DNA of 64,000 nt. Origin: a virus. Its lineage: Duplodnaviria; Heunggongvirae; Uroviricota; Caudoviricetes. Within the stretch, counting starts at the first letter, position 1. Every line of letters starts with the position of its first letter. The notes beneath the pieces are model-generated. The model was not told where the DNA came from. It made no database searches and saw only the letters and a program-made list of their open reading frames with translations. Made by a program: the position numbers and the translations under genes. The stretch spans positions 158,679 to 222,678 of the IMG/VR virus record IMGVR_UViG_3300044765_000092; one strand, 5' to 3'. Below, in pieces: positions 42,954-52,150 of this stretch.

Positions 42954-43366
42954 TAGTCACTAACGCTAAGGGTGTTGAACTGCCCACAGGAACTCGTATT
43001 ATGTACGAGGTCTGGCTCAACGAACATGGTGGCAACTACGCGACACGACAACTGGTCGCCATGTTCCAACAACGACCTACGGCAGAGCAGCTCGCGTCCC
43101 TCGCCGAGGACCAACGTGTGCGACCTGAGTGGCTGCGCGTTGGTCGAGTCTATGTGATCGCCAACACGATCGGTAAACTGTTCCGCGTGTACGCCACACC
43201 GATCGACACTCGCGCCATTCATGCTGCGGCCGTGGCAGTAGAACAAACTAGGCCCCAGATACGCCGTACAGCAGATCGGCCGCTCACTGACCTAGGTATT
43301 GTTGCGGTGTCGCACAGTGGTCAACACACGTCATCAACTGAGGACGACTATGACGAACCCTACTGA
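42950..43366 (+). CDS. hypothetical protein
   Basis: ORF 42908..43366. The ATG at 42950 overlaps the upstream stop (ATGA). Confidence 0.4.
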   Translation: MIVTNAKGVELPTGTRIMYEVWLNEHGGNYATRQLVAMFQQRPTAEQLASLAEDQRVRPEWLRVGRVYVIANTIGKLFRVYATPIDTRAIHAAAVAVEQTRPQIRRTADRPLTDLGIVAVSHSGQHTSSTEDDYDEPY

Positions 43367-43907
43367 GCAGCGAGCAGCTCTGCTAGCCCAGATTGATAAA
43401 GCGTTAGGCGAATTAGAAGTCAGTGCCTGTATCGCGGGCATGCACAAGAACAAGACCATCGATCACGACATGCAACGCCGACAGTTCATGGAACTGATCA
43501 GCCAGTCGATCAATCCTGAAGAGAAGTCTACGGGTCAGGTATACGGAATCATCGATCCCGACTATGGTCGTGTCTACACGATGGTACGCAAGCTCGCGTG
43601 GGAAGAAGGCTATGCCGTTGGTCTGCATGGTTCGTTCACGCGTGACCTCGATCTGATGATCGTTCCGTGGGCCGACCACAAGGTATGCGAACCTGAACAC
43701 CTGATTCGGCGGATAGTCAATGCAACAGGTCTTCACCGGCGAGGCGGTCCGCCGACACAGAAGCCGCATGGTCGCCTGTCATGGACTTTGCTGTTCCCAG
43801 AGTTCGGAGATCCACGATTCGTCGACATCTCGATCTTTCCTATGCCACCAGAACAACCTATCACAGCTAGAGAGGCACCCAAAGATGGACAACAAGCAAC
43901 TACTTGA
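43350..43907 (+). CDS. second nucleotidyltransferase-like protein
   Basis: VGLHGSFTRDLDLMIVPW is a compressed GS...DLDL NTase-like motif. ORF 43299..43907. Confidence 0.4.
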   Translation: MTNPTEQRAALLAQIDKALGELEVSACIAGMHKNKTIDHDMQRRQFMELISQSINPEEKSTGQVYGIIDPDYGRVYTMVRKLAWEEGYAVGLHGSFTRDLDLMIVPWADHKVCEPEHLIRRIVNATGLHRRGGPPTQKPHGRLSWTLLFPEFGDPRFVDISIFPMPPEQPITAREAPKDGQQATT

Positions 43908-44259
43908 ACTAGCTGCACGAGCAGCTGGAATCCAAGGTGCTGTCGAGGAAGTTCAAGGTACCGTGGTTATCTATCTTCCGGACTGTCGGATGTGGAATCC
44001 CTTGAATGATAACCGAGACGCACTCGATCTGGCAATTAAGCTGAAGATCACGGTGATTCCGGGCACGACCAGAGCTGCTACTCACTACGGTCTCAATCCT
44101 CAAAACGACGGACAGAGTAATGGTTGGGGATGTTACGTAGATCACAACGGTGACCCAGCCGCTGCTGTCAGATTAGCAATCGTTCGTGCGGCGGCCGGTA
44201 CGGCAAAAGTGATGGCGGAGCACGCGAATGGCATGGCAGATACTCCAGTGGGTAAATGA
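43885..44259 (+). CDS. hypothetical protein
   Basis: ORF 43720..44259 with the ATG (MDNKQLLE) at 43885. Confidence 0.45.
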   Translation: MDNKQLLELAARAAGIQGAVEEVQGTVVIYLPDCRMWNPLNDNRDALDLAIKLKITVIPGTTRAATHYGLNPQNDGQSNGWGCYVDHNGDPAAAVRLAIVRAAAGTAKVMAEHANGMADTPVGK

Positions 44260-44266
44260 TCGCAAC

Positions 44267-44443
44267 ATGGCAACCTTGCTGGTTGACCACAAGTGTGGTC
44301 ACCGCGGTGCCTACCATATTGTCGGCGGTCATGCTGCTGCCTACGCCGACGCTCCAATGTATGCCGAGCGCCTTTGCGCCGTGTGTCGCGAAAAGATTCT
44401 GGCACGCATCGATCACATACTGAAGACAGGACCTTTGAAATGA
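44267..44443 (+). CDS. hypothetical small Cys/His-rich protein
   Basis: ORF 44228..44443 with the internal MATLLVDHKCGHRG start. Confidence 0.35.
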   Translation: MATLLVDHKCGHRGAYHIVGGHAAAYADAPMYAERLCAVCREKILARIDHILKTGPLK

Positions 44444-45111
44444 GCGAACAACGAATCAAGGTACTTCAGTGGCCGCCGCTGGCAGGCCCCGGACCCGAAC
44501 CCACTGAATGGTTCACCTCCGATCTCCACTTCGGCCACAAGTCGATTGCTACACGCAGAGGGTTTGGAACCGTCGAGGCAATGGACTACCAGTTACTGGA
44601 AAACATCAACCGAGTGGTCAAGCCCACTGACCATCTCTACATCACGGGCGATTTCAGTTTCCGCAACCGGACACCCACTCTCGAGTATTTGCAGTCGTTC
44701 AAGTGCCGTCACATAGTGATTGTGCTCGGCAATCACGACAACAAGAGCGTGTTTCAACAGGCGTTAGATGACGGTCTGATCTACGCCCTGCACATGGATC
44801 GCACACAGATCCGCATCAAGGACGACGATGGCTTGAACGGCAAGCAACGGATCGTGCTTGACCATTTCCCGTTGCTCGTCTGGGACAACATCCATCGAGG
44901 AGCATGGATGCTCCACGGTCACAGCCACGGCGGGCTCAAGTATCCGCTACGGCAACGCATCATGGACATCGGGATCGACACGCATCCTGGCCTGATGCCC
45001 TGGTCGTATGGGGAGATCAAGGATCGACTTGGCACGTTGAAGGACGAAGAGCTTGACTTCCCTGACCATCACGTACCAAAGGAGCCTGACGAATGCAGCA
45101 CACCGGAATAG
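44440..45111 (+). CDS. calcineurin-like metallophosphoesterase
   Basis: Motifs DLHFGH (I), ITGDFSF (II), VLGNHDN (III) and later GHSHGG. The start overlaps the upstream stop. Confidence 0.7.
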   Translation: MSEQRIKVLQWPPLAGPGPEPTEWFTSDLHFGHKSIATRRGFGTVEAMDYQLLENINRVVKPTDHLYITGDFSFRNRTPTLEYLQSFKCRHIVIVLGNHDNKSVFQQALDDGLIYALHMDRTQIRIKDDDGLNGKQRIVLDHFPLLVWDNIHRGAWMLHGHSHGGLKYPLRQRIMDIGIDTHPGLMPWSYGEIKDRLGTLKDEELDFPDHHVPKEPDECSTPE

Positions 45112-45123
45112 TGGAGATTCCAA

Positions 45124-45315
45124 ATGACTGACGCAGCTCGAACAGTCCTCCTCGCCTTTGCTATATCCTCGGCCGTGACTCTCGTAGCCATGTGCGCCAA
45201 TGTGTCGAGCCAGCAAAACGAGCATGCGCGCGATCAGTGCGAGCACGCTGGCGGTACGTGGACGTGGGTGCGCACGCCCGGACGCATGGTTTGCATTCCA
45301 CCTTTCCATCGGTGA
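45124..45315 (+). CDS. small membrane protein
   Basis: 63-aa ORF. Confidence 0.35.
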   Translation: MTDAARTVLLAFAISSAVTLVAMCANVSSQQNEHARDQCEHAGGTWTWVRTPGRMVCIPPFHR

Positions 45316-45319
45316 CTAT

Positions 45320-45499
45320 ATGACTCTCTCACTCACATTGACTACAGGACCATGGATGGCTATTCCAATCGCATGGACGGTCTTTTCGGTCGTGCGCCTA
45401 GTCGTTGCGCTCGTCAATGAAGGATTCGACGAACTCGGTCCAATCCTTAGCGTGTGGCTCTTCTGGACGGTCGTCATCCTTGCGACACGTGGCCTCTAA
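45320..45499 (+). CDS. small membrane protein (59 aa)
   Basis: ATG at 45320 within ORF 45200..45499. Two hydrophobic helices. Confidence 0.35.
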   Translation: MTLSLTLTTGPWMAIPIAWTVFSVVRLVVALVNEGFDELGPILSVWLFWTVVILATRGL

Positions 45500-45503
45500 C
45501 ATC

Positions 45504-45992
45504 ATGGAGACTCCTACTACGAAAGTTGATCCTGACAGTATGGGACGCCAGCAGATTCTGACACTGACTGCTGAAGCAATGGGATACACTGACATTCTCT
45601 GGATCGAAGCTCTGGGCATAGTCGGTGCCGTGACCAACAGTGAGTTCGGTACCACGGCGCGCAAGCTCTGGGATCCGTTGGATGAAAACAAAGACTCGTT
45701 CCAACTGATGATCGGGTGTAAGGTCAGTGTCGTTCAGAACGAAGCGATCGAGCCACAGGGCAGCAATCCAGACGATGGGTATGTCATGGGTGTAAGCGCC
45801 TGGATGCAGTATGTTCATCCGCCTACAATCCGGCCAGATGGCTCGCGCGTTACTGAGATCGAAACGTTGGAGTGTCAAGTCGAGTATTACACGCTTGATG
45901 AAGCAGGTCGAGGCGCAGCCACTCGACAGGCCATTGCATCAGTTGTGGCTGAACACCAAAGGCGAAAGAATGAGTGTGCTTCCACCGAGTGA
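45504..45992 (+). CDS. hypothetical protein
   Basis: ORF 45405..45992 with the ATG (METPTTKV) at 45504. Confidence 0.5.
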   Translation: METPTTKVDPDSMGRQQILTLTAEAMGYTDILWIEALGIVGAVTNSEFGTTARKLWDPLDENKDSFQLMIGCKVSVVQNEAIEPQGSNPDDGYVMGVSAWMQYVHPPTIRPDGSRVTEIETLECQVEYYTLDEAGRGAATRQAIASVVAEHQRRKNECASTE

Positions 45993-46272
45993 TCCAGTGT
46001 GGCCTTTTCCGTCACCGTCAAGTCCAGTTGACGGTAAACTGCCTCCGGCGTATGCCGACTGTACCTGTCACTGTCATCGAATACCAAACGTCTTTCACTG
46101 CGTTCCGTGTTGCTACCCGGGCAAGACCTCAATATGGAAGAAACAGTGTACTCACCCTGAGCACGAACCGCCGACACATCTGTACATTGAACCGGGTGAA
46201 AGGAAGGTTCACACGTGTCCGGGCTGCGGGAACGAAGTGTTAATGGGTGGTGGGCCACAGGTGACGCTATGA
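45970..46272 (+). CDS. Cys-rich small protein
   Basis: ORF 45811..46272 with the ATG (MSVLPPSD) at 45970. Contains CxCHCH and CPGCG motifs. Confidence 0.4.
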   Translation: MSVLPPSDPVWPFPSPSSPVDGKLPPAYADCTCHCHRIPNVFHCVPCCYPGKTSIWKKQCTHPEHEPPTHLYIEPGERKVHTCPGCGNEVLMGGGPQVTL

Positions 46273-46904
46273 CTGACGAACAGACCAAGAAGCCAGGAAC
46301 CTACTGGAAGTGCTGCGCGTGTGGCAAGCGTTCCAACGACCAGTATGGGAACGACCCGATCGACGGTGGGTGGGATGAGAGTTGTATGCTCAATGCCATC
46401 GAGCTGGATGCGATCACCAATCAGGTTGTCACTCCGTTGCCACAACGGCGACCAATGCAAACCTTTAACGACATCCTTGACAAGCCTCTCGACACGGAAT
46501 TGTTGGCCGAGGCCCGGAAGGCTCTTGAACGTTTGGAACGACCAAAGCAACTTGACCCAGAAGTCGCTGAAGTGTTGGGTAAGTCTGGCTGGAGTTTGTA
46601 CGACGAGGATCCACCACAGACGAGCACTAACCCACTGAAGATTGGTCCAGACGTTGACTCGGTGCCTACGTGGTTCACATTCGAAGAAGTCGCCCACTTC
46701 AATCGTTGTCTGTTTCCGGAGGGACTCAAGCGTGACCTGATGGAACATGGATTGTCAGAGGCAGACGCTGATGAGTGTGCGCGTATCGTCGCAAAGAAAC
46801 GCAACATCGTAGATCTATATCAGGAGTGTATTTCCTGCAAGGACATTACTCGGGCCATCAATGCGGTGATGCGCAGTCACATCGCCAAATTTCCTAATCG
46901 CTGA
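46269..46904 (+). CDS. hypothetical protein with an N-terminal Zn-ribbon
   Basis: ORF 46215..46904 with the ATG (MTDEQTKK) at 46269. Contains WKCCACGK. Confidence 0.5.
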   Translation: MTDEQTKKPGTYWKCCACGKRSNDQYGNDPIDGGWDESCMLNAIELDAITNQVVTPLPQRRPMQTFNDILDKPLDTELLAEARKALERLERPKQLDPEVAEVLGKSGWSLYDEDPPQTSTNPLKIGPDVDSVPTWFTFEEVAHFNRCLFPEGLKRDLMEHGLSEADADECARIVAKKRNIVDLYQECISCKDITRAINAVMRSHIAKFPNR

Positions 46905-46926
46905 AACAACACAAGGAACCACGACC

Positions 46927-47337
46927 ATGATGAACATTCGCCAACGCTCTGTCAACGTCAGCCGTCTTCAGCTGCTCGAGAAGCTCAAGACCAATCTCGA
47001 GATCCATCGCCGAGAATACAAAGAAGCTGTGTCCGACTTTCGTACTAGGCTGATGACCGATCTGGAGAACGCTGTCCAGAAGGTGGGGACAATGTCGATC
47101 CCGGAGCTGCGCAAACTCCGTATCGACATCCAGCCGCCAGCCAATCACGAACGCGATTACACCGAAGTGATCGAGATGTTGGAAATGTCGGTGGACGACA
47201 ACATCAACCTTGACTCGGATTCGTTCCGAGCCTACATCAAGAACGAATGGCATTGGCAGAGCCGGTTCTCGACCCTCAAGGCAATGTACAAGAGCGGCAC
47301 GTTCCTGACAGGGGCGCAGGACGACGAAGATGAGTGA
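46927..47337 (+). CDS. hypothetical protein
   Basis: 136-aa ORF. Confidence 0.5.
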   Translation: MMNIRQRSVNVSRLQLLEKLKTNLEIHRREYKEAVSDFRTRLMTDLENAVQKVGTMSIPELRKLRIDIQPPANHERDYTEVIEMLEMSVDDNINLDSDSFRAYIKNEWHWQSRFSTLKAMYKSGTFLTGAQDDEDE

Positions 47338-47656
47338 GTGCGTGGCCGTCAATCCTATTAGAAACCGCGAACTGGTCTTGTCGGCATTGTCTGCGAATTT
47401 TGCAAAGTACGTAGACATACAGATTTCAGCCAAGCTTCGGATAGACCGCATCTCGCTGGACCCGTTTGATTCGGACATCGGTTCGCTGGTGACGCAAATC
47501 TCGGCTGAGGAGGACCGACAATTTCTTGAGGATGTCAATCATTATATCTCGACGATCTACATTCCGTCAGCGACTTTAAGGCACATTGTAGTCATGCACG
47601 GCGGTGATGGCGAAAAACGTGTTTGGGATTCCCCAAGATTCTTCACCTACATCTAG
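47330..47656 (+). CDS. hypothetical protein
   Basis: 108-aa ORF. Confidence 0.45.
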   Translation: MSECVAVNPIRNRELVLSALSANFAKYVDIQISAKLRIDRISLDPFDSDIGSLVTQISAEEDRQFLEDVNHYISTIYIPSATLRHIVVMHGGDGEKRVWDSPRFFTYI

Positions 47657-47683
47657 ATCTAGCGCGTACGAGGCCAATTCGCT

Positions 47684-47977
47684 ATGACAACTTCTTTTAT
47701 CGGTATGCCGTCAAAAGATCCAGCGCCACCCGCAATTTCAGCTGGGTCGGCGCTTTCGCCGCTCAAGAACCGTGATCTAGTGCTGGCCCAATTGAACGAA
47801 CACCGAACGCAGTGGTGGGACTCGAAACTCGGATCCGTTACTGTCAACATTCCAAAAGGATTGCCGCCCGGTACTGTGCTGTCGATTGTCGCAGCGTGGG
47901 ACTGCGAGGGTAATGTCGTAAGCACGCGCGTGTACGACGAGCGTGGTAAGCTGCTCTTGAGCAATACAACAAAATGA
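47684..47977 (+). CDS. hypothetical protein
   Basis: 97-aa ORF. Confidence 0.45.
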   Translation: MTTSFIGMPSKDPAPPAISAGSALSPLKNRDLVLAQLNEHRTQWWDSKLGSVTVNIPKGLPPGTVLSIVAAWDCEGNVVSTRVYDERGKLLLSNTTK

Positions 47978-48591
47978 ACAACAGCATTCAGAACAACCGA
48001 CAGACTGTGCTGTCGGCCTTGGCTCAAGTATCAGACAACCCATTGATCGGTGGTGAGTCAGTGCGTCGTGAATGTGCTTCACTACTTCCGCACAGAAGTT
48101 CACTACCTCCGTTCTTCTACACAGAACACGAGCTCGTTCGGTGGTGCATTGGTCGTACTCCAACCGCAATTCGGGACGGTATCAAGGTGGGTATGCAACT
48201 CAACGTGATTCCGAATACGCGCACACGTTTGAACCGACTGTGGGCTAGTCAGCAACTAGCTGCCTTTAGACCAAACGACATTGTGACGATCATGACTTTG
48301 GATGGTACCTGTGTACTGGCCGCGGTGCAGAATTCGTTTGCCACGTTGGGTTGGATGCCAGTGTCGAACAATCCTGCACTCGACTACCCGGATTTGCAGT
48401 TCGCTACCATTCATCACACGAATCTGCTGCACTACGATTTAGCGCGGTCCACTGACCACGACATGTGCAGCACATTTGGTGAGGATGGATACGACTTGAA
48501 CAAGTACCTATTGTTGTATTCCAACCGCTTTGACCACACAGTCGCCAAGCTCTCGAGCTTGAGTTCTGGTTTTCCGAGGTTTGACACATGA
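47974..48591 (+). CDS. hypothetical protein
   Basis: 205-aa ORF. Confidence 0.5.
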   Translation: MNNSIQNNRQTVLSALAQVSDNPLIGGESVRRECASLLPHRSSLPPFFYTEHELVRWCIGRTPTAIRDGIKVGMQLNVIPNTRTRLNRLWASQQLAAFRPNDIVTIMTLDGTCVLAAVQNSFATLGWMPVSNNPALDYPDLQFATIHHTNLLHYDLARSTDHDMCSTFGEDGYDLNKYLLLYSNRFDHTVAKLSSLSSGFPRFDT

Positions 48592-48995
48592 TCGAAATCA
48601 AAGACGACAAGCACGTTCTTTGCATTAAGTGCAGAGCCACGTTCACCGAAGCTGGATACCAGAATGCGAGTGGGTGTCCTTCGTGTGGAGACAAAGGGGT
48701 GCCAGCCACACTGCAGCGCCAGACTACGCTAGACATCACACATCACGAGCTGCGTGTTCTGTGTATCTGGGCCAGCAACTACGCAGACGGCATCAAAGAT
48801 CCAAAGATGCGTGATCCGATGAAGGCTGCGCTTCGCGGCATCTTCTCGGGCCTGCGTTCTCAAGACCCGAACCTGCCGGCCTTGTCGCTGTTCGACGAGA
48901 TTCAAGAAGTGGCTGACACGTTCAACACAAAGGCCAAGCTGCTCTCCAGTGACGGAGAGGTAGCGACGACCTTCGAACCAAGCACGAGACACTAA
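48588..48995 (+). CDS. Zn-ribbon protein
   Basis: 135 aa. Contains CIKC...CPSCGDKG. Confidence 0.5.
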   Translation: MIEIKDDKHVLCIKCRATFTEAGYQNASGCPSCGDKGVPATLQRQTTLDITHHELRVLCIWASNYADGIKDPKMRDPMKAALRGIFSGLRSQDPNLPALSLFDEIQEVADTFNTKAKLLSSDGEVATTFEPSTRH

Positions 48996-48997
48996 TC

Positions 48998-49246
48998 ATG
49001 TTGGGTATGCTAAAAACAGTGAGTGGTCAGCCACTCAGAATCAACGATGGTGAGCGTGCCTACCCTGTAGCAACAGAATCCAGTGTTCATCAGCGAGGAA
49101 TGTCGCTACGGGATCACTTTGCTGGCCTAGCAGTCCAAGGACTGTGTTCGGCGTCAGACGGCAGGGCTACTAGAGTTCCGTCGATTATTGCTGACGAAGC
49201 ATACAGAATTGCCGATGCAATGTTAGCACGGAGAGAGCTGCCATGA
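48998..49246 (+). CDS. hypothetical small protein
   Basis: 82-aa ORF. Confidence 0.4.
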   Translation: MLGMLKTVSGQPLRINDGERAYPVATESSVHQRGMSLRDHFAGLAVQGLCSASDGRATRVPSIIADEAYRIADAMLARRELP

Positions 49247-49767
49247 CCAAACTGCTTTTCTGTGGTGAGTGTGGTGACCTAGTCAGCCCCGGATTCAAGA
49301 ACAACGATCCTCGGTGGTGTTACTGCCATCGTCACGCTGTCTGGTGGCGTGATGCGAACAAGGGCCTGATCTCCGTGCACGACTCGTGGATGCCACAACG
49401 AAACGGTGGTGATGGTGGTCAAGCCTGGATCGTCGGGCTACACAACGAGGTGCTCCGGGGTCGTGGGCTAATAGCTAATGGTCCGCGAGCACTGCACGAG
49501 AATCCCGCAGATCCAATGGCAATCACTGGATGGACCAAGGGCAATCTCGTGACCGACAAAGAGTTCGTTGAGAACGTATTGGCTGTCACTCCTGATACCT
49601 ATCTGTTCAAGCGAGCAAACAGTCTGGTGATCAGATTCGCTCCCGGATCAACGTCCGACAGCCAGTGGGACGCCACGGTCCCGGTTCCTGGACAAGCCAA
49701 CAACGAAAAGCCCAATAACACGACGGGCTCAGCTGCTGATGCCGATGGACAATCCGCCGGTGTTTAG
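49243..49767 (+). CDS. hypothetical protein with an N-terminal Cys cluster
   Basis: 174-aa ORF. Confidence 0.5.
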   Translation: MTKLLFCGECGDLVSPGFKNNDPRWCYCHRHAVWWRDANKGLISVHDSWMPQRNGGDGGQAWIVGLHNEVLRGRGLIANGPRALHENPADPMAITGWTKGNLVTDKEFVENVLAVTPDTYLFKRANSLVIRFAPGSTSDSQWDATVPVPGQANNEKPNNTTGSAADADGQSAGV

Positions 49768-49875
49768 CAATTTTGTATTGGTACTGTTGTCAATCAACGT
49801 GACGTTCGTGTTGTTTGTGCTCTACACGTTGATCAAGGCGGTTGCCAAGTTCATCTCTAATCTGATTGATCGACC

Positions 49876-50034
49876 ATGAAGCGAATCCTCTTTGTCCTGG
49901 CCCTGGCCGTTGTGTCTATCACTTCGTTTGCCACTCCGGTCCAACAATTCAACACCAAGCCCGTCGATGTCACAATCGACATTCGCTGCTGCACGGAAGA
50001 CAGCCTGAACTGTTGCGGTCCCCGCCTTCCGTAA
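49876..50034 (+). CDS. 52-aa secreted cysteine-rich peptide, below the ORF-track cutoff
   Basis: MKRILFVLALAVVSITSFA signal peptide, then ...IRCCTEDSLNCCGPRLP. The ATG overlaps the stop of a preceding roughly 30-aa hydrophobic ORF (ATGA). Confidence 0.4.
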   Translation: MKRILFVLALAVVSITSFATPVQQFNTKPVDVTIDIRCCTEDSLNCCGPRLP

Positions 50035-50041
50035 TGGAACT

Positions 50042-50284
50042 ATGACTACCACCATTAGTGCGCTGCCGTTCCACGTAACGATCAATGATCCAGTTGGCGC
50101 GTCGTACTATGATGGTACGCCACATCAACTTTCGTATCGATTGATGTTCACCACGGCTGAAGTTCACGGAATTCATATTCTGCACAGACTCGTGCCGGAT
50201 GAGAGTGCGCGCAACGCTCTGATCCACCGACTGCTCACTGAACCGAATGGTACGCACGGTCGATTGTCGTGGCAACGAGATTGA
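50042..50284 (+). CDS. hypothetical protein
   Basis: 80-aa ORF. Last gene before the terminator. Confidence 0.45.
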   Translation: MTTTISALPFHVTINDPVGASYYDGTPHQLSYRLMFTTAEVHGIHILHRLVPDESARNALIHRLLTEPNGTHGRLSWQRD

Positions 50285-50317
50285 CAGTTCTAATTTGATT
50301 CTCCCGCGCGCGCCCAA

Positions 50318-50358
50318 GGGGCCAGTTCCGGTATGGAACTGGCCCCTTTTCTTTTGTG
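50318..50358 (+). terminator. intrinsic terminator (12-bp stem GGGGCCAGTTCC-ggtat-GGAACTGGCCCC followed by TTTTCTTTTGTG)
   Basis: Textbook rho-independent terminator, read directly. Confidence 0.75.
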
Positions 50359-50368
50359 CTTTCACTTT

Positions 50369-50402
50369 TCGTTTTGCGGGTTTTTGCTGCAAGTGCTAGT
50401 TT
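50369..50402 (+). promoter_or_regulatory. candidate promoter of the structural operon: CGTTTTGCGG, a 17-nt spacer, then TAGTTT
   Basis: Shares the TTTTGCGG box with the minus-strand element at 31449-31460. Both lie just downstream of terminators. Confidence 0.3.
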
Positions 50403-50458
50403 GATCATGCCGCGAAAGCGGAATCAACTGCAACACCACTGTGAAGGAGTTTGCGCAC

Positions 50459-52141
50459 ATGAGCAAACCTAACACCGAACGCAAAGCTAAGTTCGCAGAA
50501 CTGTCGGCTGCTTCGGGTGGGGTGTTTGTCTTCGCGTCTCGCGACCCGAACCTTCCGTCCTTGAAAGATCCGCGCACTGAAATCGCGTCGTATGCGTTCG
50601 CCGCCTACAACTGCGCTTCGTGCTCTACGGTCTTTCAAGGCATCAAGGCTGACGGTCTGAAACCACACTGCGTCTCTTGCGGCTCTAGCGAGCAAGTCAA
50701 GGCCAGTGTCGAGTCCGTGAAACAGCCAAACATTCCAGCCAACGAGCAGCTCGCCTATCTCGCGTGCCGTGGTTGCGGTTCTTTCAACGTTCTGGCGTCG
50801 GAAACTGCATCTGCGGTAAAGGGCGTTCACTGCGTTGTGTGTGGAACCGAAAACCCGTTCAAAACCACTGCTTCTGGTGATCTGGTGATGACGTCCGATA
50901 TGGACTTCGACACCGACATCTCCGACCTGCCGTCCGACGATACGCAAGATCTCGACGACATGGAACTGGTTGATGTTGACTCTGAACAGAGTGATGACCT
51001 GCCAGTCGCGCCGGAGACCGACATGCCGATGGCCAATACAACTGCTTCTGATACCGAAGCGCCGGACAATCCGCCGTCCGTGGAAGATCGCCCAGCGCCG
51101 CCTCCAAACTCGACGGATACCGACGTCCACGACGCGGAACCAAAGCCAGCCACCACTCCAGGTGTTGCTGACGATTCGACGCAACTGCCAGCCGGTGAAT
51201 CTCCGTCCAACGGAGGCACGAACTTCGCTCCTGGCTCTGACGCTGAGACGATGGCTAACGCCGACGAGATGCCGAATAACGACTACGGCTATGACGCCGA
51301 TTCGGATTCGGTTGACGTCGACATGATGGACGTGACGGACGCGAGCGCTGAACAGCTTGCTTTCGTGTACAGCGGCAAGAACGTGTCGATCGCCGCCGGC
51401 AACAAGATTGTCGCGACGCTGACACCCGAAACCGCCGGTGCTAACACCGACATTCTGCAAACCGAACATTTCCGCAAGGCCGTCGGTCATTCGATTGCCA
51501 CTCTTGGTCTGAAGAAGGCACTTGCCAACTACGGATTCCAGACGGCTAAGGTTCGTGTTCCAGTTGCTCAGGTGATCAAGACTCGCGTTGAGTCGGCTGT
51601 GCAAGAACGCACTGCTGAACTGAGCGCCAAGCTCGCTGAAGTCACTGCTGACTTCCAGCAAGCGCTTGACATCGCGGCTGCTGGCTATATCGCCAATTTC
51701 TGGCGCAACCGACAAGATCCAGTGCGTGCTGCTCTGGTTCAGGAACTCGAAACTGCTGGTCTGAAGTCTGCTTCGGCTCGTAGGCTCGTTGATCGAGTGT
51801 ACGCCGCTCATGGCGTTGCTCAACAACGTGAGATCCTAGCGCTGGCACGTGAACTGGCTGGCAAATCTGTTGAGACTCGTAACGAACTGGCTGCGTCTAT
51901 CGATCTGGCCAAGTATCAACCGACGTCCGTTCAACAGATGCAACAAATCGCGAGTGACGTCGAAGACGAAGACGATGACTCGGATGACGACGGCGAACCC
52001 GAAGAGGCGAGCCGAGTTTCGATCGCGACGGCGCTGCCCTCTTTTGAGCAGACGGCGTCGGGTCCAGTGGCGTCAACTGGCTATAAAAGCCCGCTGCTGC
52101 AACGCATTCTTGGCGACAAACCGCTTTTCAACACTCCCTAA
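50459..52141 (+). CDS. large acidic protein, scaffold-like (N-terminal Cys4 pairs, Asp/Glu-rich middle, Ala-rich helical C-terminus)
   Basis: ORF 50441..52141 with the ATG (MSKPNTER) at 50459. First gene after the terminator. Confidence 0.45.
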   Translation: MSKPNTERKAKFAELSAASGGVFVFASRDPNLPSLKDPRTEIASYAFAAYNCASCSTVFQGIKADGLKPHCVSCGSSEQVKASVESVKQPNIPANEQLAYLACRGCGSFNVLASETASAVKGVHCVVCGTENPFKTTASGDLVMTSDMDFDTDISDLPSDDTQDLDDMELVDVDSEQSDDLPVAPETDMPMANTTASDTEAPDNPPSVEDRPAPPPNSTDTDVHDAEPKPATTPGVADDSTQLPAGESPSNGGTNFAPGSDAETMANADEMPNNDYGYDADSDSVDVDMMDVTDASAEQLAFVYSGKNVSIAAGNKIVATLTPETAGANTDILQTEHFRKAVGHSIATLGLKKALANYGFQTAKVRVPVAQVIKTRVESAVQERTAELSAKLAEVTADFQQALDIAAAGYIANFWRNRQDPVRAALVQELETAGLKSASARRLVDRVYAAHGVAQQREILALARELAGKSVETRNELAASIDLAKYQPTSVQQMQQIASDVEDEDDDSDDDGEPEEASRVSIATALPSFEQTASGPVASTGYKSPLLQRILGDKPLFNTP

Positions 52142-52150
52142 GGAGCACAC

